The translations under genes were made by a program, and so were the position numbers. The notes under the pieces were generated by a model. The model did not search any database. It was not told the DNA's origin and saw only the letters and a program-made list of their open reading frames with translations. Of a stretch of DNA of 47,922 nucleotides, positions 46,544 to 47,922 are shown in pieces. This DNA comes from Burkholderiales bacterium (lineage in GTDB: Bacteria > Pseudomonadota > Gammaproteobacteria > Burkholderiales > Burkholderiaceae_C): contig PLZH01000125.1 of NCBI GenBank assembly GCA_003152055.1, positions 1-47,922 on the forward strand, given 5' to 3'. How positions within the stretch are numbered: the first letter of the stretch is position 1; each line of letters begins with the position of its first letter.

Positions 46544-47434
46544 ATGGCCACGATCGCGCCTTCGCTTGCGGCTCTGCCTGCGACCTTCGAGGTCGAGCAT
46601 CCAACCGTCGAGGCGCTGCGCATGTTCGTGCGCAACCCGGCGGCGATCGCCGGCATGGCGCTGCTGCTCGCGATCCTGCTGGTTGCGATCTCTGGCCCCT
46701 GGGTCTATCCGGCCGATCCGTTCGAGATCCGTGCCGCGCCCCTGACGCCGCCGTTCGGCGAGGACGCCTGGCTCGGCACCGACTACCTCGGCCGCGACGT
46801 GCTGACGATGCTCGTCTACGGCGGCCGCGCGACGCTGCTCGTCGGTGCCGTGGCGGCGCTGCTTTCGGTGACGATCGGCATCACCATCGGCGCCTTCGCC
46901 GGCTACTACGGCGGCCGCGTCGACGCTTCGCTGATGCGCGTCACGGAGTTCTTCCAGGTGTTGCCGGCGCTGCTCTTCGCGATGGTCGTCGTCACGCTGT
47001 TCGGGCCGACGCTCGTGCACGTGACGATCTCCATCGGCATCGTCAGCTGGACCGGCACCGCGCGCCTGACGCGCGCCGAATTCCTCAAGGTCAAGAGCCT
47101 GGAATTCGTGCGCGCCGAGCGCGCCATCGGCGCGAGACACGCACGCATCATCTGGGGTGTGATCCTGCCCAACGCGCTGCCGCCGCTCATCGTCTCGGCG
47201 ACGCTTGCGGTCGGCGCTGCCATCCTGTTCGAGGCCGGGCTCTCGTTCCTCGGCCTTGGCGATCCGAACCAGATGAGCTGGGGGCTCATGATCGGATCGA
47301 GCCGCGAATACGTGCTCTCGTGCTGGTGGGGCGTGGCTTTCCCGGGCGTCGCGATCTTCGTCACGGTGCTCGCCGTCAGCCTCATCGGCGACGGCCTCAA
47401 CGACGCGCTCAATCCGAAGCTGAGGGAGCGCTGA
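46544..47434 (+). CDS. DppC/OppC-like ABC permease
   Basis: LGTDYLGRD, ILPN, EAGLSFLGLG, GDGLNDALNP. Confidence 0.93.
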   Translation: MATIAPSLAALPATFEVEHPTVEALRMFVRNPAAIAGMALLLAILLVAISGPWVYPADPFEIRAAPLTPPFGEDAWLGTDYLGRDVLTMLVYGGRATLLVGAVAALLSVTIGITIGAFAGYYGGRVDASLMRVTEFFQVLPALLFAMVVVTLFGPTLVHVTISIGIVSWTGTARLTRAEFLKVKSLEFVRAERAIGARHARIIWGVILPNALPPLIVSATLAVGAAILFEAGLSFLGLGDPNQMSWGLMIGSSREYVLSCWWGVAFPGVAIFVTVLAVSLIGDGLNDALNPKLRER

Positions 47435-47922
47435 TGGCCGAGGCGACGCCGCTGCTCGAGGTCGACGACCTGCGCGTTGAGTTCAAGACGCAGCGCGGCA
47501 AGGCACTGGTGCTGGGCGGCGTCGACTTCGAGATGCGCAGCGGCGAGACGCTTTGCGTCGTCGGCGAATCGGGCTGCGGCAAGAGCATGACGGCGCTTGC
47601 GGTGCTCGGCCTCATCCCCTCGCCGCCCGGCCGCATCGCCGGCGGCCGCGTCCTGTTCCAGGGCGAAGACCTGGTGCAGGCCTCGGATGCGCGCCTGCGC
47701 GAGGTGCGTGGCAACCGCATCTCGATGATCTTTCAGGAGCCGATGACCTCGCTGAACCCGGTCTTCAGCGTCGGCGAGCAGATCGGCGAGACGCTGCGCC
47801 TGCACGCCGGGCTCGATGCCGTCGCGGCGCGCGCGCGCTCGATCGAGATGCTGCAGCAGGTCGGCATTCCGGCACCGGAGCGGCGCGTCGACGAGTATCC
47901 GCACCAGCTCTCCGGCGGCATG
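47434..47922 (+). CDS. DppD/OppD-like ABC ATPase (partial, runs off window end)
   Basis: ATG 47434 overlapping the previous stop; LLEVDDLRVEF, VGESGCGKS, MIFQEPMTSLNP, YPHQLSGGM. Confidence 0.93.
   Translation, partial: MAEATPLLEVDDLRVEFKTQRGKALVLGGVDFEMRSGETLCVVGESGCGKSMTALAVLGLIPSPPGRIAGGRVLFQGEDLVQASDARLREVRGNRISMIFQEPMTSLNPVFSVGEQIGETLRLHAGLDAVAARARSIEMLQQVGIPAPERRVDEYPHQLSGGM

Overview
High-GC (roughly 70%) betaproteobacterial-looking chromosomal window; gene set and a repeat element suggest Burkholderiales. It has four parts. (1) 0.07-4.0 kb: divergent EF-G paralog, CobB-type sirtuin and an internally deleted tannase/feruloyl-esterase pseudogene. (2) About 4.1-16.6 kb: a patchy accessory region with ubiUVT (O2-independent ubiquinone synthesis), an IS3 remnant, several fused gene fragments, two paralogous nitroreductases flanking DUF3309/CsbD/lmo0937-type small proteins and AsmA, an outer-membrane beta-barrel plus PEP-CTERM pair, nitronate monooxygenase and a membrane-anchored HIT protein. 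Five of its transcription units carry FNR-type boxes at class II spacing. (3) 16.7-35.7 kb: modABC/modE, then a C2-sulfonate island: iseR-iseJ-iseU-like (isethionate), tauR, tauXY, tauABC, extended by a second TauABC-like transporter, a sphingosine-1-phosphate-lyase-like PLP enzyme and SulP; xsc/pta are absent. (4) 35.8-47.9 kb: LacI-controlled module with a GcvT/sarcosine-dehydrogenase-like flavoprotein, amidohydrolase, PurU and a Dpp-type ABC transporter with a duplicated binding protein. Best novelty candidates: the S1P-lyase-like enzyme with its own importer in the taurine operon, and an 83-bp insertion that keeps ATGA translational coupling through a 28-codon mini-ORF. All family calls come from motif recognition by eye; no database searches were run.
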